From Gemmatimonadales bacterium (GTDB taxonomy: Bacteria; Gemmatimonadota; Gemmatimonadetes; Gemmatimonadales; GWC2-71-9), in the NCBI GenBank assembly GCA_038321865.1, contig JBBQFH010000015.1, positions 1 through 64,000 on the forward strand: 64,000 nt of DNA. Reading direction: 5' to 3'. Of the stretch, positions 32,428 to 43,438 are shown piece by piece; position 1 is the first letter of the stretch; the number at the start of each line of letters is the position of its first letter. The position numbers and the translations under genes were made by a program. The notes below the pieces were generated by a model. It ran no database searches. It had not been told where the DNA came from and saw only the letters and a program-made list of their open reading frames with translations.

Positions 32428-32970
32428 CTATGCCTCCGTTGACCACGCCCGCTCGACGTCGTCCGCCGCCTGCTTCAGGATCTCAACCACGCGCCGGACC
32501 GCGGGGTCGTTGGGCCCCCGCCGCCAGGCGTGACGAAAGGTATCCTTGGCCAGCCGGGCAAACTCCCCCTGCAGCTCGCCGATGGCGCCGCCGGTGAAGT
32601 CGCGCACTGTTTCCCGCACCCGGTCGACGATCTCCTCCAGCACATCCTTGTGCTCCTCCAGGTATTTCTCCCCCGCCGCCGTCACCTCGTAGATCTTCTT
32701 GCCCTCGGCGTCCACCGCGCGGATGTGCCCCTGGTCCTCCAGCAGCTGCAGGGTCGGATAGACCGTGCCGGCCGACGGCGTGTAGCAGCCGCCCATCCCT
32801 TCCTCGAGCGCCTTGATCACCTCGTACCCATGGCGGGGCTTTTCCTTGAGGATCCGGAGAATTACGAACTTGATCTCGCCGGACTCGAACATTTGCCGGC
32901 GGCCCCGCCCGCGACCCGGGCCGAAGGGAAAGCCGGGACCGAACTCGAAACCCTTGCGCTGACTGAACAT
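32428..32970 (-). CDS. PadR-family transcriptional regulator
   Basis: PRHGYEVIK...PSAGTVYPTLQLLED...KKIYEVT motif. Confidence 0.92.
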   Translation of the reverse strand: MFSQRKGFEFGPGFPFGPGRGRGRRQMFESGEIKFVILRILKEKPRHGYEVIKALEEGMGGCYTPSAGTVYPTLQLLEDQGHIRAVDAEGKKIYEVTAAGEKYLEEHKDVLEEIVDRVRETVRDFTGGAIGELQGEFARLAKDTFRHAWRRGPNDPAVRRVVEILKQAADDVERAWSTEA

Positions 32971-33021
32971 GGACTTGCTCCCATCGTTTCGGATGGCTAC
33001 GCAGTATCGCCAGATAGTACG

Positions 33022-33035
33022 GACGATATATCGTC
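33022..33035. promoter_or_regulatory. Perfect palindrome GACGATATATCGTC, probable PadR operator
   Basis: 14-bp AT-rich palindrome about 50 nt upstream of the padR-family ATG. Confidence 0.6.
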
Positions 33036-33123
33036 TGATATACGGCCATGGTCAAGTACTGCGCCGACGCTTCCAGCGCCTCGCCGCCCCACACCCACCC
33101 GCCACCCACCCACCCACCCACGC

Positions 33124-33230
33124 CGTCATTCCGAGCGCAGCGAGGAATCTGCTCCACCCAGCTCGACCATCGCCCCACGGGCCGGTGTCCGCCGTGTCCG
33201 ACCCGGATTCCTCGCTGCGCTCGGAATGAC
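33124..33230. repeat. REPIN-like inverted pair 3
   Basis: CGTCATTCCGAGCGCAGCGAGGAATC ... GATTCCTCGCTGCGCTCGGAATGAC; spacer similar to pair 2; preceded by an (ACCC)n tract. Confidence 0.9.
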
Positions 33231-33356
33231 AGGGGAATTCTGAGTCGAGCGGCCGGCGCTGGCTCACTGAGCCGGTGCGTCACATATTTGGCGGCAGCAC
33301 CGCCGCCACGTGCCACCGCTTGCGCCACACCATCGCCGAGCCGAGGAGAGTTCCGC

Positions 33357-36007
33357 CTGCAACCCCAGCCCGACCTGTTCCAGCGCCTCCAGGCAGAGCT
33401 GCGCGATCACTATCGGCTTGACGGCCCGCTCGGTGAAGGCGGGATGGCCGTCGTGTTCGCCGCGACCGACCTCAAGCACGGCCGCCGCGTCGTGATCAAG
33501 GTGCTCCGCCCCGAGCTCACCGCCGTGGTCGGCGCGGAGCGGTTCCTCCAGGAAATCCAGGTCACCGCGCGGCTCCAGCACCCCCACATCCTCCCGCTCT
33601 ACGATTCCGGCTCCGCCGGCGGCCTGCTCTTCTACGTGATGCCGCTGATCCCGGGCGAGACACTGCGCCAGCGGCTCACCCGTGAAGGCGAGCTTCCGGT
33701 GGAGGAGGCGGTGTCGCTCACGCGCGCCGTCGCGGGTGCGCTGGACTATGCGCACCGCCAGGACGTGATGCATCGCGACATCAAGCCGGAGAACATCCTC
33801 CTGCACGACGGCCAGCCGCTGCTGGCCGACTTCGGCATCGGCCTCGCCCTCAGCGCCGCCGGCGCCGACCGGCTCACCGGCACCGGATTTTCCCTCGGCA
33901 CCCCCGGCTACATGAGTCCCGAGCAGATGGCCGGCGAGCGGTGCTCGGCCCCCGGAGCGACATCTACGCTCTGGGCTGCGTGGCCTACGAGGTGCTGGCG
34001 GGCGGACCGCCGTTCGGCGGGCGGACCCTGCAGGCGGTGATGACGTCGGTCATGACCTCCGATCCGCCGCCGCTCGAGGAGCGGCGGCCGGCCGTGCCCG
34101 AGCGCATCGCCGCCGCCGTCCACCGGGCACTCGAGCGCATCCCCGGCGACCGGTTTTCCACCGCGGCGCAGTTCGCCGCCGCGCTCGCGCCCGTCACTGA
34201 GATCCACACCCCGCGGCGGCAGCCCTCGGTCCGGCCACGACGGACGCTCCCGCTCGCGCTCGGCGCCGCGGCGCTCGCCGTCGCCGCCGGCCTCGCGGGA
34301 GTCCTCGTCGGACGCGGCGCGGCCCACGTCGCGCCGGCGGCGGTGCGGCACTGGGATATCGTCCTGCCCGACAGTGCGCCGATCGCGCTCGCCGGCTCGG
34401 AGGCGCAGCCGACCTTCGCGCTCTCGCCGGCCGGTGACCGTGTGGCGTACGTCGCCCCGCGCGGCGGGTCGACCCTGCTGATGCTTCGGAATCTCGCCGG
34501 CGATTCCGTCGTCGCCCTCGCCGGGACCGAGGGAGCCTACCATCCCTTCTTTTCGCCCGACGGTGAGTGGATCGGGTTCTTCTCCGGCAAGGTGCTTCGG
34601 AAGGTGTCGGTCTCCGGCGGCGCTCCCGTCGATCTGGTGCAGGTGACGCGGGTAAGTGGTGTCCGGTGGCTCGCGCCGGACCGGATCATGCTGTTCGACA
34701 ACGCCGGCTTCGACCTGCACTCGGTGTCGGCCTCGGGCGCGCAGGTGGACTCGACCGTGCACCTCGCGACCCAGTTCGGCGAGCCGGATCCGCTGCCCGG
34801 TGGCGAGTGGGTCGCCGGGCAGCTCGGCTCGGGCCAACTCGCGTTGCTCGCGCCGGCCACGGGCCAGGAGCTGGCGATCACCCGGCGGGGTGTGCTCCCG
34901 CTCGACTCGGTGCGGCAGGCCGATCTGCTCTTCGGGACCAGTCCGCGGTGGCTGCCCGCGGGCTATCTGGTCTACGCCGCGGGTGATGGCGTGCTCATGG
35001 CGATGCCGTTCGATGGCGTCCATCGAAAGGTGACCGGCGAGCCGGTGCCGGTGGTCAGCGGCGTCCGGATGGAGTCGGGCTTCGGGTCGGCGGAGTTCGC
35101 CGTGGGAGATGACGGAACGCTGGTCTACCTGCCGGGTCGGAACCAGCTCTACGCCACCTTCGCCTTCGTCTCGCCCGGCGGCAGGCTGGATACCCTGCCG
35201 CTGCCGAGGGGACCGTACACCCAGCCGAGGCTGTCACCGGATGGCGGGCAGCTGGCGGTGCAGCTGCGGAACCCGATCGGCGGCTGGCAGGTGCTCCTGA
35301 TGAACCTGGTCACCGGCCAGCGGCAGGAGCTCCGGGTGGAGGGCAACTACCGGACCTTCCCGGCCTCGTGGCTGCCGTCGGGAAAGGAGCTGATGATCGG
35401 AATCTTTAATCCGGTGCAGTTTCTCAACTACGGGGCGCGGATCAAGTCGCTGGAGACCGGTCTGACCACCGACATTCATCTCGCCGGCGCCTCATACATG
35501 ACGATCGCGCACGACGGGAAGTCGTTCGTCTTCTCCGACTGGCGGACCACGCAGCTGTATCTGCGCAGTCTGCGCGGCGACACCGCGCGCACGATGATTC
35601 CGGGCCACGGCGTCGCCGCCAGCTTCTCCCCTGATGGGAAGTGGGTGTCCTGGGGCGGCGTCGACGGGGTCGCGGTGTCACCGGTGCCGCCCTCCGGCGC
35701 CGTATACCAGGTGGCGGAGCGCGGCGAGATGCCGCAGTGGACGCCGAAGGGAGACGGGATGATCTACCGGGACGGGTCGCGCTACTACCGGGTGCCGGTG
35801 ACGACCGCGGGAGGGTTCCGGACGGGGAAACCGGAGCTGCTGATCGAGGGGTCGTTCCTCAGCACCTTCGCCTGGAACCACGACATCGCCCCCGACGGGC
35901 GGCTGCTCGTGATGCTGACGAGCCCCGAGCGGCAGGCTCCGCGGCTGGGGGTGATCACGGCATTCCCGGCGATGATGCGGCGCGCGGCGACGACGGACCA
36001 GCACTGA
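33357..36007 (+). pseudogene. K9: Ser/Thr kinase-TM-beta-propeller with a -1 frameshift near 33940
   Basis: ...YMSPEQMAGE-R continues as VLGPRSDIYALG in another frame (GAG CG GTG CTC). Probable CTG start after GAGGAG. Confidence 0.8.
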
Positions 36008-36136
36008 AGGCTTCCCCGCCGATCTGCTTGCGCCCCGGCCGGACCGACCGCTAATTCCGGACTCGCCCATTCCCGACATTTGCGTCGTTCCCTGGCGGCT
36101 CCCGATGTCACCTGCACGACGGTCCGGTCCGGCCCC

Positions 36137-38470
36137 GTGGTGATCGCGCCCATCGAGCGCCTGCGTGCCGCGCTGGCCGGGCGTTACCGGGTCGACCGCG
36201 AGATCGGCGCCGGCGGGATGGCCTCGGTCTTTCTGGCCGAGGACCTGCGGCACCATCGCCGGGTCGCCATCAAGCTGCTGCGCCCCGAGCTCGCCGCCGC
36301 GCTCGGCGCCGAGCGGTTCCTCAAGGAGATCCGGCTCACCGCGAACCTCCACCATCCCCATATCCTGCCGCTCTTCGACTCGGGCGAGAGCGACGGGCTC
36401 CTGTTCTACGTCATGCCGTTCGTCGAGGGCGAGACGCTGCGCGACCGGCTGGAGCGCGAGCAGCGGCTGCCGGTGGCGGACGCCGTGCGCATCGCCGGCG
36501 AGGTCGCGGCCGCGCTCGACTACGCCCACCGGCAGGGCGTCGTGCACCGCGACATCAAGCCGGAGAACATCCTCCTGCACGACGGCGCCGCGCTCGTCGC
36601 CGACTTCGGCATCGCGCTGAGCCCGAGCGGCGCGGACGACCGGCTCACCGGCACCGGCATCTCGCTCGGCACGCCCCACTACATGAGCCCCGAGCAGGCG
36701 CTGGGCCAGAGCGACGTGGACGCCCGGAGCGACGTCTACGCCCTCGGCGTCGCGCTGTATGAGATGCTCACCGGCGCCCCGCCCTTCACCGGCCCCAGCG
36801 CGCAGGCGATCGTCGCCAAGGTGATCACCGAGACACCGGTACCGCCGGCGAAGCTCCGGCCCGAGGTGCCGGCCGCCGTGAGCGATGCAGTGCTGACCGC
36901 GCTGCAGAAGTCACCGGAGACCCGATTCGCCACCGCGGCCGCGTTCAGCGCCGCGCTCGAGCGGCCGGCGGCCGCGCACCGGCCGGTGCGGAGACGGTGG
37001 CCCGCGGCGGCGGTGGCGGCCCTGGTGCTGGTGGCAGTGCTCGGCGCCGTCGGCTACCTGCGGAGGGCGCCGGTCGGCGCGGCTGACCTCGCCGCCGCAC
37101 CCGCGGCACGCCGGATCGCGGTGATTCCGTTCCGGAACGCCAGCGGTGACACGGTGAACACCAGCTTCAGCGAAGGACTGTCGCTCGAGATCAACGACGC
37201 GCTGAGCCGGCTGCCGGGTCTCACGATCGTGGCCGCCTCATCCTCCCGCTATCGCGCGGTCGGGGTGGACGTGACCGACGCGGGGCGAGAGCTCGGCGTG
37301 GATGCGGTACTGACCGGACGGGTCGACACGGCGGACAGTGTGGTGCGGGTGCAGGTGCAGCTGCAGGACGTGCGCACGCGGACGCTCCGCTGGTCGGCCA
37401 AGTACGACCGGCCGCGGAAGGACCTCTACAAGCTGGAGGACACGCTGTCGCTCGCGATCGCGGGAGACCTGCGGCTCGCCACCGCGCCGGGCGCCGGACG
37501 CGCCGCGCGGCCCGGCCGCACCGAAAGCCCCGAAGCGCACGCGCTCCTGCTGCAGGCACGCGGCAGCGCCGAGCGGCGATCGGGGCCGGGACTTGACGCG
37601 GCGATCACCCTTTTCACCGCCGCGATCAACCTGGACTCCAGCTACGCCCAGGCCTGGACCGGCCGGGCCAACGCGGAGAATCTCATCGCGGCCTACGGCC
37701 ACGCCGACCCGGTGACGATGTACGGGCGCGCCAAGGCGGATGCCCTGCACGCCGTCGCGCTCGACAGCACGATGGCGGATGCGCACACCACGCTCGGTTT
37801 CGTCGCCGTCTTCTTCGATCGTGACTGGGCCCGGGCCGGCGCCGAGTTCCGGCGCTCGCTCGCGCTCGATTCCACCGCGGCGGCGGCCCGGCTCTACCGC
37901 GGCTGGTATTTCGTCGCGGTGGACCAGATGGACTCCGCGGTGGCCTCGCTCCGTACCGCCATCCGGCTCGATCCGATCAATCCGATCTACGACACCAGGC
38001 TGGGCACCCTCCTGCGGCTCGCAGGAGATCTTCCGGGCGCGGCGGCCGCTCTGCGGAACGCGCTCCGGAAGGATTCGTCCTTCGCCTACGCACACCGGCA
38101 GCTGGCCGAGGTGCTGGCCGAAGGGCATGATTGTGAGGGCGCCCGGACGGAGCTGCGCCGCGAACCGGTCCTGCAGGATGAGTCGGCCTCGCTCGCCCGC
38201 GCCTCGGCGCTGTGCGGGGCTCCGGAGGCGGCACGCCGGTTCGTGGTGGACCGGGAAGCGCGCCGGCGCGCGGGAGAGCCGGTGGACGCGTTCTGGACGG
38301 CGGGCACCTACGCAGCGTTGAAGGACGACGCCAAGGTCTTCGAGTGGCTCGACCGTGGAGTGCGCGAGCACTCGAGCGTGCTGTTCATGCTGCGGCGGCA
38401 CCCGGCGTTTCGCGAGTACCGGAACGATCCCCGATTCATCGCGGTGCTCCGCCGGGTGTACGGCACCTGA
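36137..38470 (+). CDS. K10: Ser/Thr kinase-TM-TolB-N-like-TPR protein
   Basis: Kinase motifs; IAVIPFRNASGD; TPRs; C-terminal YRNDPRF. Confidence 0.92.
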   Translation: MVIAPIERLRAALAGRYRVDREIGAGGMASVFLAEDLRHHRRVAIKLLRPELAAALGAERFLKEIRLTANLHHPHILPLFDSGESDGLLFYVMPFVEGETLRDRLEREQRLPVADAVRIAGEVAAALDYAHRQGVVHRDIKPENILLHDGAALVADFGIALSPSGADDRLTGTGISLGTPHYMSPEQALGQSDVDARSDVYALGVALYEMLTGAPPFTGPSAQAIVAKVITETPVPPAKLRPEVPAAVSDAVLTALQKSPETRFATAAAFSAALERPAAAHRPVRRRWPAAAVAALVLVAVLGAVGYLRRAPVGAADLAAAPAARRIAVIPFRNASGDTVNTSFSEGLSLEINDALSRLPGLTIVAASSSRYRAVGVDVTDAGRELGVDAVLTGRVDTADSVVRVQVQLQDVRTRTLRWSAKYDRPRKDLYKLEDTLSLAIAGDLRLATAPGAGRAARPGRTESPEAHALLLQARGSAERRSGPGLDAAITLFTAAINLDSSYAQAWTGRANAENLIAAYGHADPVTMYGRAKADALHAVALDSTMADAHTTLGFVAVFFDRDWARAGAEFRRSLALDSTAAAARLYRGWYFVAVDQMDSAVASLRTAIRLDPINPIYDTRLGTLLRLAGDLPGAAAALRNALRKDSSFAYAHRQLAEVLAEGHDCEGARTELRREPVLQDESASLARASALCGAPEAARRFVVDREARRRAGEPVDAFWTAGTYAALKDDAKVFEWLDRGVREHSSVLFMLRRHPAFREYRNDPRFIAVLRRVYGT

Positions 38471-38476
38471 CCGCGG

Positions 38477-39874
38477 CTACCGCCCCACCAGCTCCCGGAC
38501 CATCATCATCCAGTGCGTGACCTCCTCGTCCAGTGCCTTGACCGGCAGCCGCTCATCCCGGCCGTGCGCCCGCATGTCGACGGGCGTCACGCCCCAGCCG
38601 CCGCCGGTACCGTAGATCGGAATCCCCGCGGAGCGGAAGTAATGGCCGTCGGTGGCGCCGGTGGACATCTCGGGAAACACCGGCACGTCGGGATGCAGCG
38701 CGTGGACGGCCTTCGTGAACGCCGCCACCACGTCGGGGCGGAGCGGTGAGGCCGGTGCGCCGGCGTCCGAGCCGCCGTTCAGCGTCACCACGACACCGGT
38801 ATCGGCGGCGATGCGCTGCAGCTCGTCGCGGATGGCGCTCGGCGCGGCGCCCGGCAGGATCCGGCAGTTGATCGTCGCCGTGGCGAGCTGCGGGAGCGCG
38901 TTGTCGGCGTGCCCGCCGAAGAGCCGCGTGGCGACGCAGCGGGTGCGGGTGATGCCGATTTCGCCTTCGTCGGCCTCGATCGCATCGGCGGCGGCGCCGT
39001 CGGCAGGATTCGCCAGCCAGGCCCGCATCGCGTCACCCAGCTTGCCGCGCTCCGACTTCTGCCGCTCGGTAAAATAAGATCGCGTGGTCTCGTTGAGCGC
39101 GGGCTCGAAGCGGTACGCGGCGAGCCGGTCGAGCGCGCCCGCGAGCTGATAGATCGCGTTGTCCGACCGGGGCTTCGATGAGTGGCCGCCCCGGTTCCGG
39201 ACGGTGAAGGTGTAGGTCGCGTACGTCTTCTCGGCCGACTGGATGGTGAAGCCCAGCCAGCGCCCCTCTCGGGTGACGGCGCCACCGCCCGCATCGGCGT
39301 TCAGCCCGTACTCGACGTTCAGGTACTGTTTCCAATCGGTGGCGCCGAGCTGCGCGCCGCGGCTGTCCGTCTCCTCGTCCCCGGTGAAGAAGACGATGAT
39401 GTCCCGCCTCGGCTTGAACCCTTCGGCCCGGAGCCGGAAGAGCGCCTGGGTGACGGAGACGATGCCGTCCTTCATGTCGGTGGTGCCGCGGCCGTAGTAG
39501 TAGCCGTCCCGTTCGGTGAGCACGAACGGATCGGTGGTCGAGTCCTCCCGCTTCGCCTCTACCACGTCCATGTGTCCCATGAGCATGATCGGCTTCGCCA
39601 TCGAGCGGGCCATTGCGGGCCAGCGGATGATCAGCGCCGCGGTGCTGTCGTACGGCATGGTCCGGATGTCCTCCGGCGCCCAGCCCGCCGCGCGGTACTG
39701 GTCGGCGAGGTACTTCGCCATCTCGGGCACGCGGTTCCGGCCGATGACGGTCGGGATGCTGATCACGTGCTCGAACATGGCGCGCGTCTGGGCGTGCCAG
39801 TCGACGGCCTGGGACTGGGCGGCGGCGGGGGCCAGCGCGACCAGCCCGGCGGCGGCGAGCGAGCGACGAGTCAT
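38477..39874 (-). CDS. Secreted M20/M25/M40 metallopeptidase
   Basis: GHMDVV, GRGTTDMKDG, GDEE and AHGRDER motifs. Confidence 0.9.
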   Translation of the reverse strand: MTRRSLAAAGLVALAPAAAQSQAVDWHAQTRAMFEHVISIPTVIGRNRVPEMAKYLADQYRAAGWAPEDIRTMPYDSTAALIIRWPAMARSMAKPIMLMGHMDVVEAKREDSTTDPFVLTERDGYYYGRGTTDMKDGIVSVTQALFRLRAEGFKPRRDIIVFFTGDEETDSRGAQLGATDWKQYLNVEYGLNADAGGGAVTREGRWLGFTIQSAEKTYATYTFTVRNRGGHSSKPRSDNAIYQLAGALDRLAAYRFEPALNETTRSYFTERQKSERGKLGDAMRAWLANPADGAAADAIEADEGEIGITRTRCVATRLFGGHADNALPQLATATINCRILPGAAPSAIRDELQRIAADTGVVVTLNGGSDAGAPASPLRPDVVAAFTKAVHALHPDVPVFPEMSTGATDGHYFRSAGIPIYGTGGGWGVTPVDMRAHGRDERLPVKALDEEVTHWMMMVRELVGR

Positions 39875-39935
39875 GAAGTTCCCTTGAAAATGTCGGCGTG
39901 AGCCGTGAAGGCCGGTTTCACCTTCGGGCACCGGA

Positions 39936-40418
39936 TCAGCGAGCCGGCATGTCGCTGTTGTAGATGTCGCGGATGATCATCCACTTGCCCCGGGCGTTCC
40001 GCTGCCACACGACGACGTACTTGCCGGTGTCGTGTCCGACGGCTCCGCCGGGGGCCTTGGGCTGGATGTCGCCCGAGTAGGTGCCGGTTTCGACCGCGAT
40101 ATCGCCGCGGGTGATCACATCGGACGTGGTCACGCGGATGTTGCGGAAGCCGGAATCCCACGCGCCCTGCCAGGCGTCGGAAATCGCCTGGGTGCCGGTG
40201 ACCGCCTTCCCGTTCGGCGGCATGAACATGGCGGTGGCGGCGTATGCCACGGCGAAGGCGCGCGGGGTTCCGCCGTTGAACGCGGTAGTGGTCGCGAGGT
40301 TGGAGGACTCGATGGCGCGGCGAACGTTCACCGGGGCGGGGGCGCGCTGAGCGAGGAGCGCACTCGTGGAGAGCGACAACAGCGTGACGCCGGACAGCAG
40401 CATTTGGATGCGACGCAT
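39936..40418 (-). CDS. Secreted NTF2-like (DUF4440/SnoaL) protein
   Basis: Signal peptide; MPPNGKAVTG; GKYVVVWQR..GKWMIIRDIYNSD. Confidence 0.85.
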   Translation of the reverse strand: MRRIQMLLSGVTLLSLSTSALLAQRAPAPVNVRRAIESSNLATTTAFNGGTPRAFAVAYAATAMFMPPNGKAVTGTQAISDAWQGAWDSGFRNIRVTTSDVITRGDIAVETGTYSGDIQPKAPGGAVGHDTGKYVVVWQRNARGKWMIIRDIYNSDMPAR

Positions 40419-40489
40419 GACGGGCCTGGGAATGGGTTGATAGCATCCGAGCGGTTGGACTCGGGAACGCAACAGGGAACTTAAAACCG

Positions 40490-42859
40490 TCACTTGCCCG
40501 CCGCCGGCAGGATCCACCGGGTATCCAGCGCCTTGAAGCGGGGATCTTCGCGGACGGGATCGTAGATCGGGTCGCTCGGCGAGATCGGGTCGTGCTCGTC
40601 GTAGGACCGCTCGAACCAGTTGAAAAATTTATCCCGGTCGCCCAGGCCGAGATAGATCAGGGCGATGTACCCAGCCCGGACGAATCGCTCCCCTCGCGAC
40701 TGCTCGAGCAGTTTGCTCAGCGCCCGCTGCGCCTCGGGCCGCCGATTGCACATGCCGTAGAGGTAGCCGCGAGTCGACGCATCCTCCGGCGTGCTGGTCG
40801 TCACAGCCGAGATCTGTGCCAGTGCCGCTGCGCATCGTTTCTGGAGCACGTACACGTAGGCGAGCGAGTTGTGCGTAGGCGCGGCCGCCGGGCTCAACTC
40901 GAGCGTTCGCTCCATCTGCGTAGCGGCCGCGTCGTAGTTGTGCACGAACGAGTACATCGTGCCCAGCCGTAAGCTGATGATGACCGAGCGGGGTGACAAC
41001 CGAAGCGCCGTCTTCGCTTCAGTGATCGCCTGGGGAAACTCGTGACGAAACGCGTGGCTCCAGGCCAGAAAGAGATGGGTCTCGGCATAGGTCGAGTCGA
41101 GCGTAACGGCGCTGTCGAGCTGGGCCCGTCCGGCGACATCGTTCTTCTCGCCTTGCTGCAGAATGATAGCGAGCGAGGTATGCGCCTCGGCGCTCGTGGG
41201 ATCGAGCTCGAGCGCCCGGAGCACCGCGGCTCGGGCGAGCGGGAGGCCGTCGTTCGGGTCCAGGCAGCAGGTGAAGGACTGGAATACAAAAGTGTCTCCG
41301 CGGCCGGCCCATGCCTTGGCGTAGGAGGAATCTTGCCGGATCGCCTCGTCGAAGGCCTGCAGCGCCTCGTCGAGATGCAGCCGGCTCGCCAGGATCAGGC
41401 GGCCGCGGAAGTACGCCTCCTGCGCGCCGACGTCGGTGGTGCCGTGATTCACGACCAGCCGCCGCGTCTGCTCCGCCACCCGGCCCTGCAACGAGGTGAC
41501 GATGGCAAGCACGATCGAGTCCTGCAGTGCGAACGACAGCGACCCCCTGGCTTCGTAGTGCCCGGACCATTCCTTGCGCCCGCCGGCGGCATCGAGGAGT
41601 TGGGCGTCGATCCGGATGCTGTCGCCGGTGGCGGTGCGGCGGAGCGTGCCGGTCACCAGGCGCCGGACGTCGAGTGCCCGGCCGATCGAGTCGAGCGAGA
41701 CGCCGGTGCCCCGGAAGGAAAACGACGACGCCGGTGCGGCGATCCGAAGGCCCGGCACCTTCCGGAGCTCGGCCGCGAGCTCCGCGGCCAGCCCGCGACT
41801 GAGGACGCTGTCCGCGGCGACGGAACTCAAGTTGTCGAACGACAGCACGGCAAGGCCGCCGGCGCCGGTTGCGGAAGCGGCGGGTAACCGGCGGTGCGCG
41901 ATGCCATAGGCCGCCATGGCCCCGGCGCCGAGAATGACAGCGGCGATGAGCGCCAGCACACCGGCACGCGGACGGCTCCTGACGGGGACGGCGACGGCCG
42001 CCGATTCCGTGGTGGCCGGCTCGGTCATGGCGGTGGCCAGCGCGTCGGCGAAGGCGCGTGCCGTCGAAATCCGGTCCGCCGGCGCCTTTTCCAGTGATTT
42101 CCGGATGACCTGTTCGACGGCTCGGGTCACGCCGGGGCGGACGGTACAGATCGACGGCATCGGCTCGACGGCGCGCCGGGCGGCGATCGCCTGCATCGTG
42201 GGGCCGCGGAAGGGCGGCTCGCCCACGAGCAGCTCGTACATCACGCATCCGGCCGCGAACACATCGGATCGGCCGTCGATCACCGCTTCACATGCCGCCT
42301 GTTCCGGACTCATGTAGGCGGGCGTACCGACGGAGAAGCCGGTCTGCGTCAGCTTCTCATCGTCCGCCCCCGCGAGGACGCAGGCGATGCCGAAGTCAGC
42401 CACGAGGACTTGGCCGGCGGAAAGCAGGATATTCTCCGGCTTGATGTCGCGGTGCACCACGCCGTGCGAATGGGCGTATTCGAGCGCCGCGCAGACGTCG
42501 GTAACGATGCCTACCGCCGCATGCACCGGAAACTGTCCTTCGCGGTCCATGCGCGCGCGGAGCGACTCGCCGTCTACATAGGGCATGATGTAATAGAGGA
42601 GATCGCCGGCGGTGCCGGAGTCGTGGATGGCAAGAATGCGCGGGTGCGAGAGCCGCGCGGTGAGCTCGATCTCGCGGAGAAAGCGTTCGGGTCCGAGCGC
42701 GGAAGCGAGCTCCGGCCGCAGGACCTTGATGGCGACCGGCCGCCGGTGCTTGAGGTCCTGCGCCAGGTAGACGTAAGCCATCCCGCCCCGGCCCAGCTCG
42801 CGCCCGACGGTGTACCGGCCGGCGAGGGCTTGCTCCAGCAGTGCGGCGAGCTCAGTCAC
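40490..42859 (-). CDS. K11: Ser/Thr kinase-TM-TolB-N-like-TPR protein
   Basis: GTG ACT GAG CTC start; kinase motifs; LAVLSFDNLS; FTCCLDP; C-terminal VREDPRF. Confidence 0.92.
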   Translation of the reverse strand: MTELAALLEQALAGRYTVGRELGRGGMAYVYLAQDLKHRRPVAIKVLRPELASALGPERFLREIELTARLSHPRILAIHDSGTAGDLLYYIMPYVDGESLRARMDREGQFPVHAAVGIVTDVCAALEYAHSHGVVHRDIKPENILLSAGQVLVADFGIACVLAGADDEKLTQTGFSVGTPAYMSPEQAACEAVIDGRSDVFAAGCVMYELLVGEPPFRGPTMQAIAARRAVEPMPSICTVRPGVTRAVEQVIRKSLEKAPADRISTARAFADALATAMTEPATTESAAVAVPVRSRPRAGVLALIAAVILGAGAMAAYGIAHRRLPAASATGAGGLAVLSFDNLSSVAADSVLSRGLAAELAAELRKVPGLRIAAPASSFSFRGTGVSLDSIGRALDVRRLVTGTLRRTATGDSIRIDAQLLDAAGGRKEWSGHYEARGSLSFALQDSIVLAIVTSLQGRVAEQTRRLVVNHGTTDVGAQEAYFRGRLILASRLHLDEALQAFDEAIRQDSSYAKAWAGRGDTFVFQSFTCCLDPNDGLPLARAAVLRALELDPTSAEAHTSLAIILQQGEKNDVAGRAQLDSAVTLDSTYAETHLFLAWSHAFRHEFPQAITEAKTALRLSPRSVIISLRLGTMYSFVHNYDAAATQMERTLELSPAAAPTHNSLAYVYVLQKRCAAALAQISAVTTSTPEDASTRGYLYGMCNRRPEAQRALSKLLEQSRGERFVRAGYIALIYLGLGDRDKFFNWFERSYDEHDPISPSDPIYDPVREDPRFKALDTRWILPAAGK

Positions 42860-42873
42860 GATTACCTGCTGGA

Positions 42874-43389
42874 CTAGGGCATCGACACGAGTTCCCTGAG
42901 GCGAGCGTCGAGAATGGCGGGCGGCAGCGGCCCGTCCTGCACGAACCGGACGACGCCCGACCGGTCGACCAGCACCGTCATCGGCAGCGAGATGAGGCCG
43001 TAGACGCTGGCCAGCCGCCCCTTGCGGTCGAGCGGAACGGGAAAGGGAACGTGATACTTCTCGATGAATTTCCGGACGTCGCGCAGCGACTCCTGCGACG
43101 TCAGGTTGACGGCGATGATGCGCAAACTGTCGCCGGCGTACCGCGACTGCGCCGCGATGAGCTCGGGCATCTCGACACTGCAGGGCGGGCACCAGCTCGC
43201 CCAGAAGTTGAGGACGACGGGGTGACCGCGTTGCGCGACGAGCGTAGCGGTGTCGCCCGCCAGGGTGGGGAGCGCGAATGCAGGCGCAGGTGCGCCGACC
43301 GCCAGCGGTCTGGCCGATTGCGCGGCCAGGGGCGCCGTGAGAATCCACAGCAGTCCCGGAACACGCAGGAGCCGACCGGCCGCGTTCAC
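42874..43389 (-). CDS. TlpA-family thiol-disulfide oxidoreductase (WCPPC)
   Basis: Signal peptide; APAFALPTL; VVLNFWASWCPPC; LPMT. Confidence 0.9.
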   Translation of the reverse strand: MNAAGRLLRVPGLLWILTAPLAAQSARPLAVGAPAPAFALPTLAGDTATLVAQRGHPVVLNFWASWCPPCSVEMPELIAAQSRYAGDSLRIIAVNLTSQESLRDVRKFIEKYHVPFPVPLDRKGRLASVYGLISLPMTVLVDRSGVVRFVQDGPLPPAILDARLRELVSMP

Positions 43390-43438
43390 CTGTGGTAACG
43401 TCCTCCAATGCGCCGGATTGTCAATAGAGGCGCCATTT

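Noticed and set aside
40490..43408. 972-aa ORF suggesting a TlpA-kinase fusion
   Set aside because: The upstream extension is a different frame overlapping the TlpA gene; K11 starts at 42859, like its paralogue K12.
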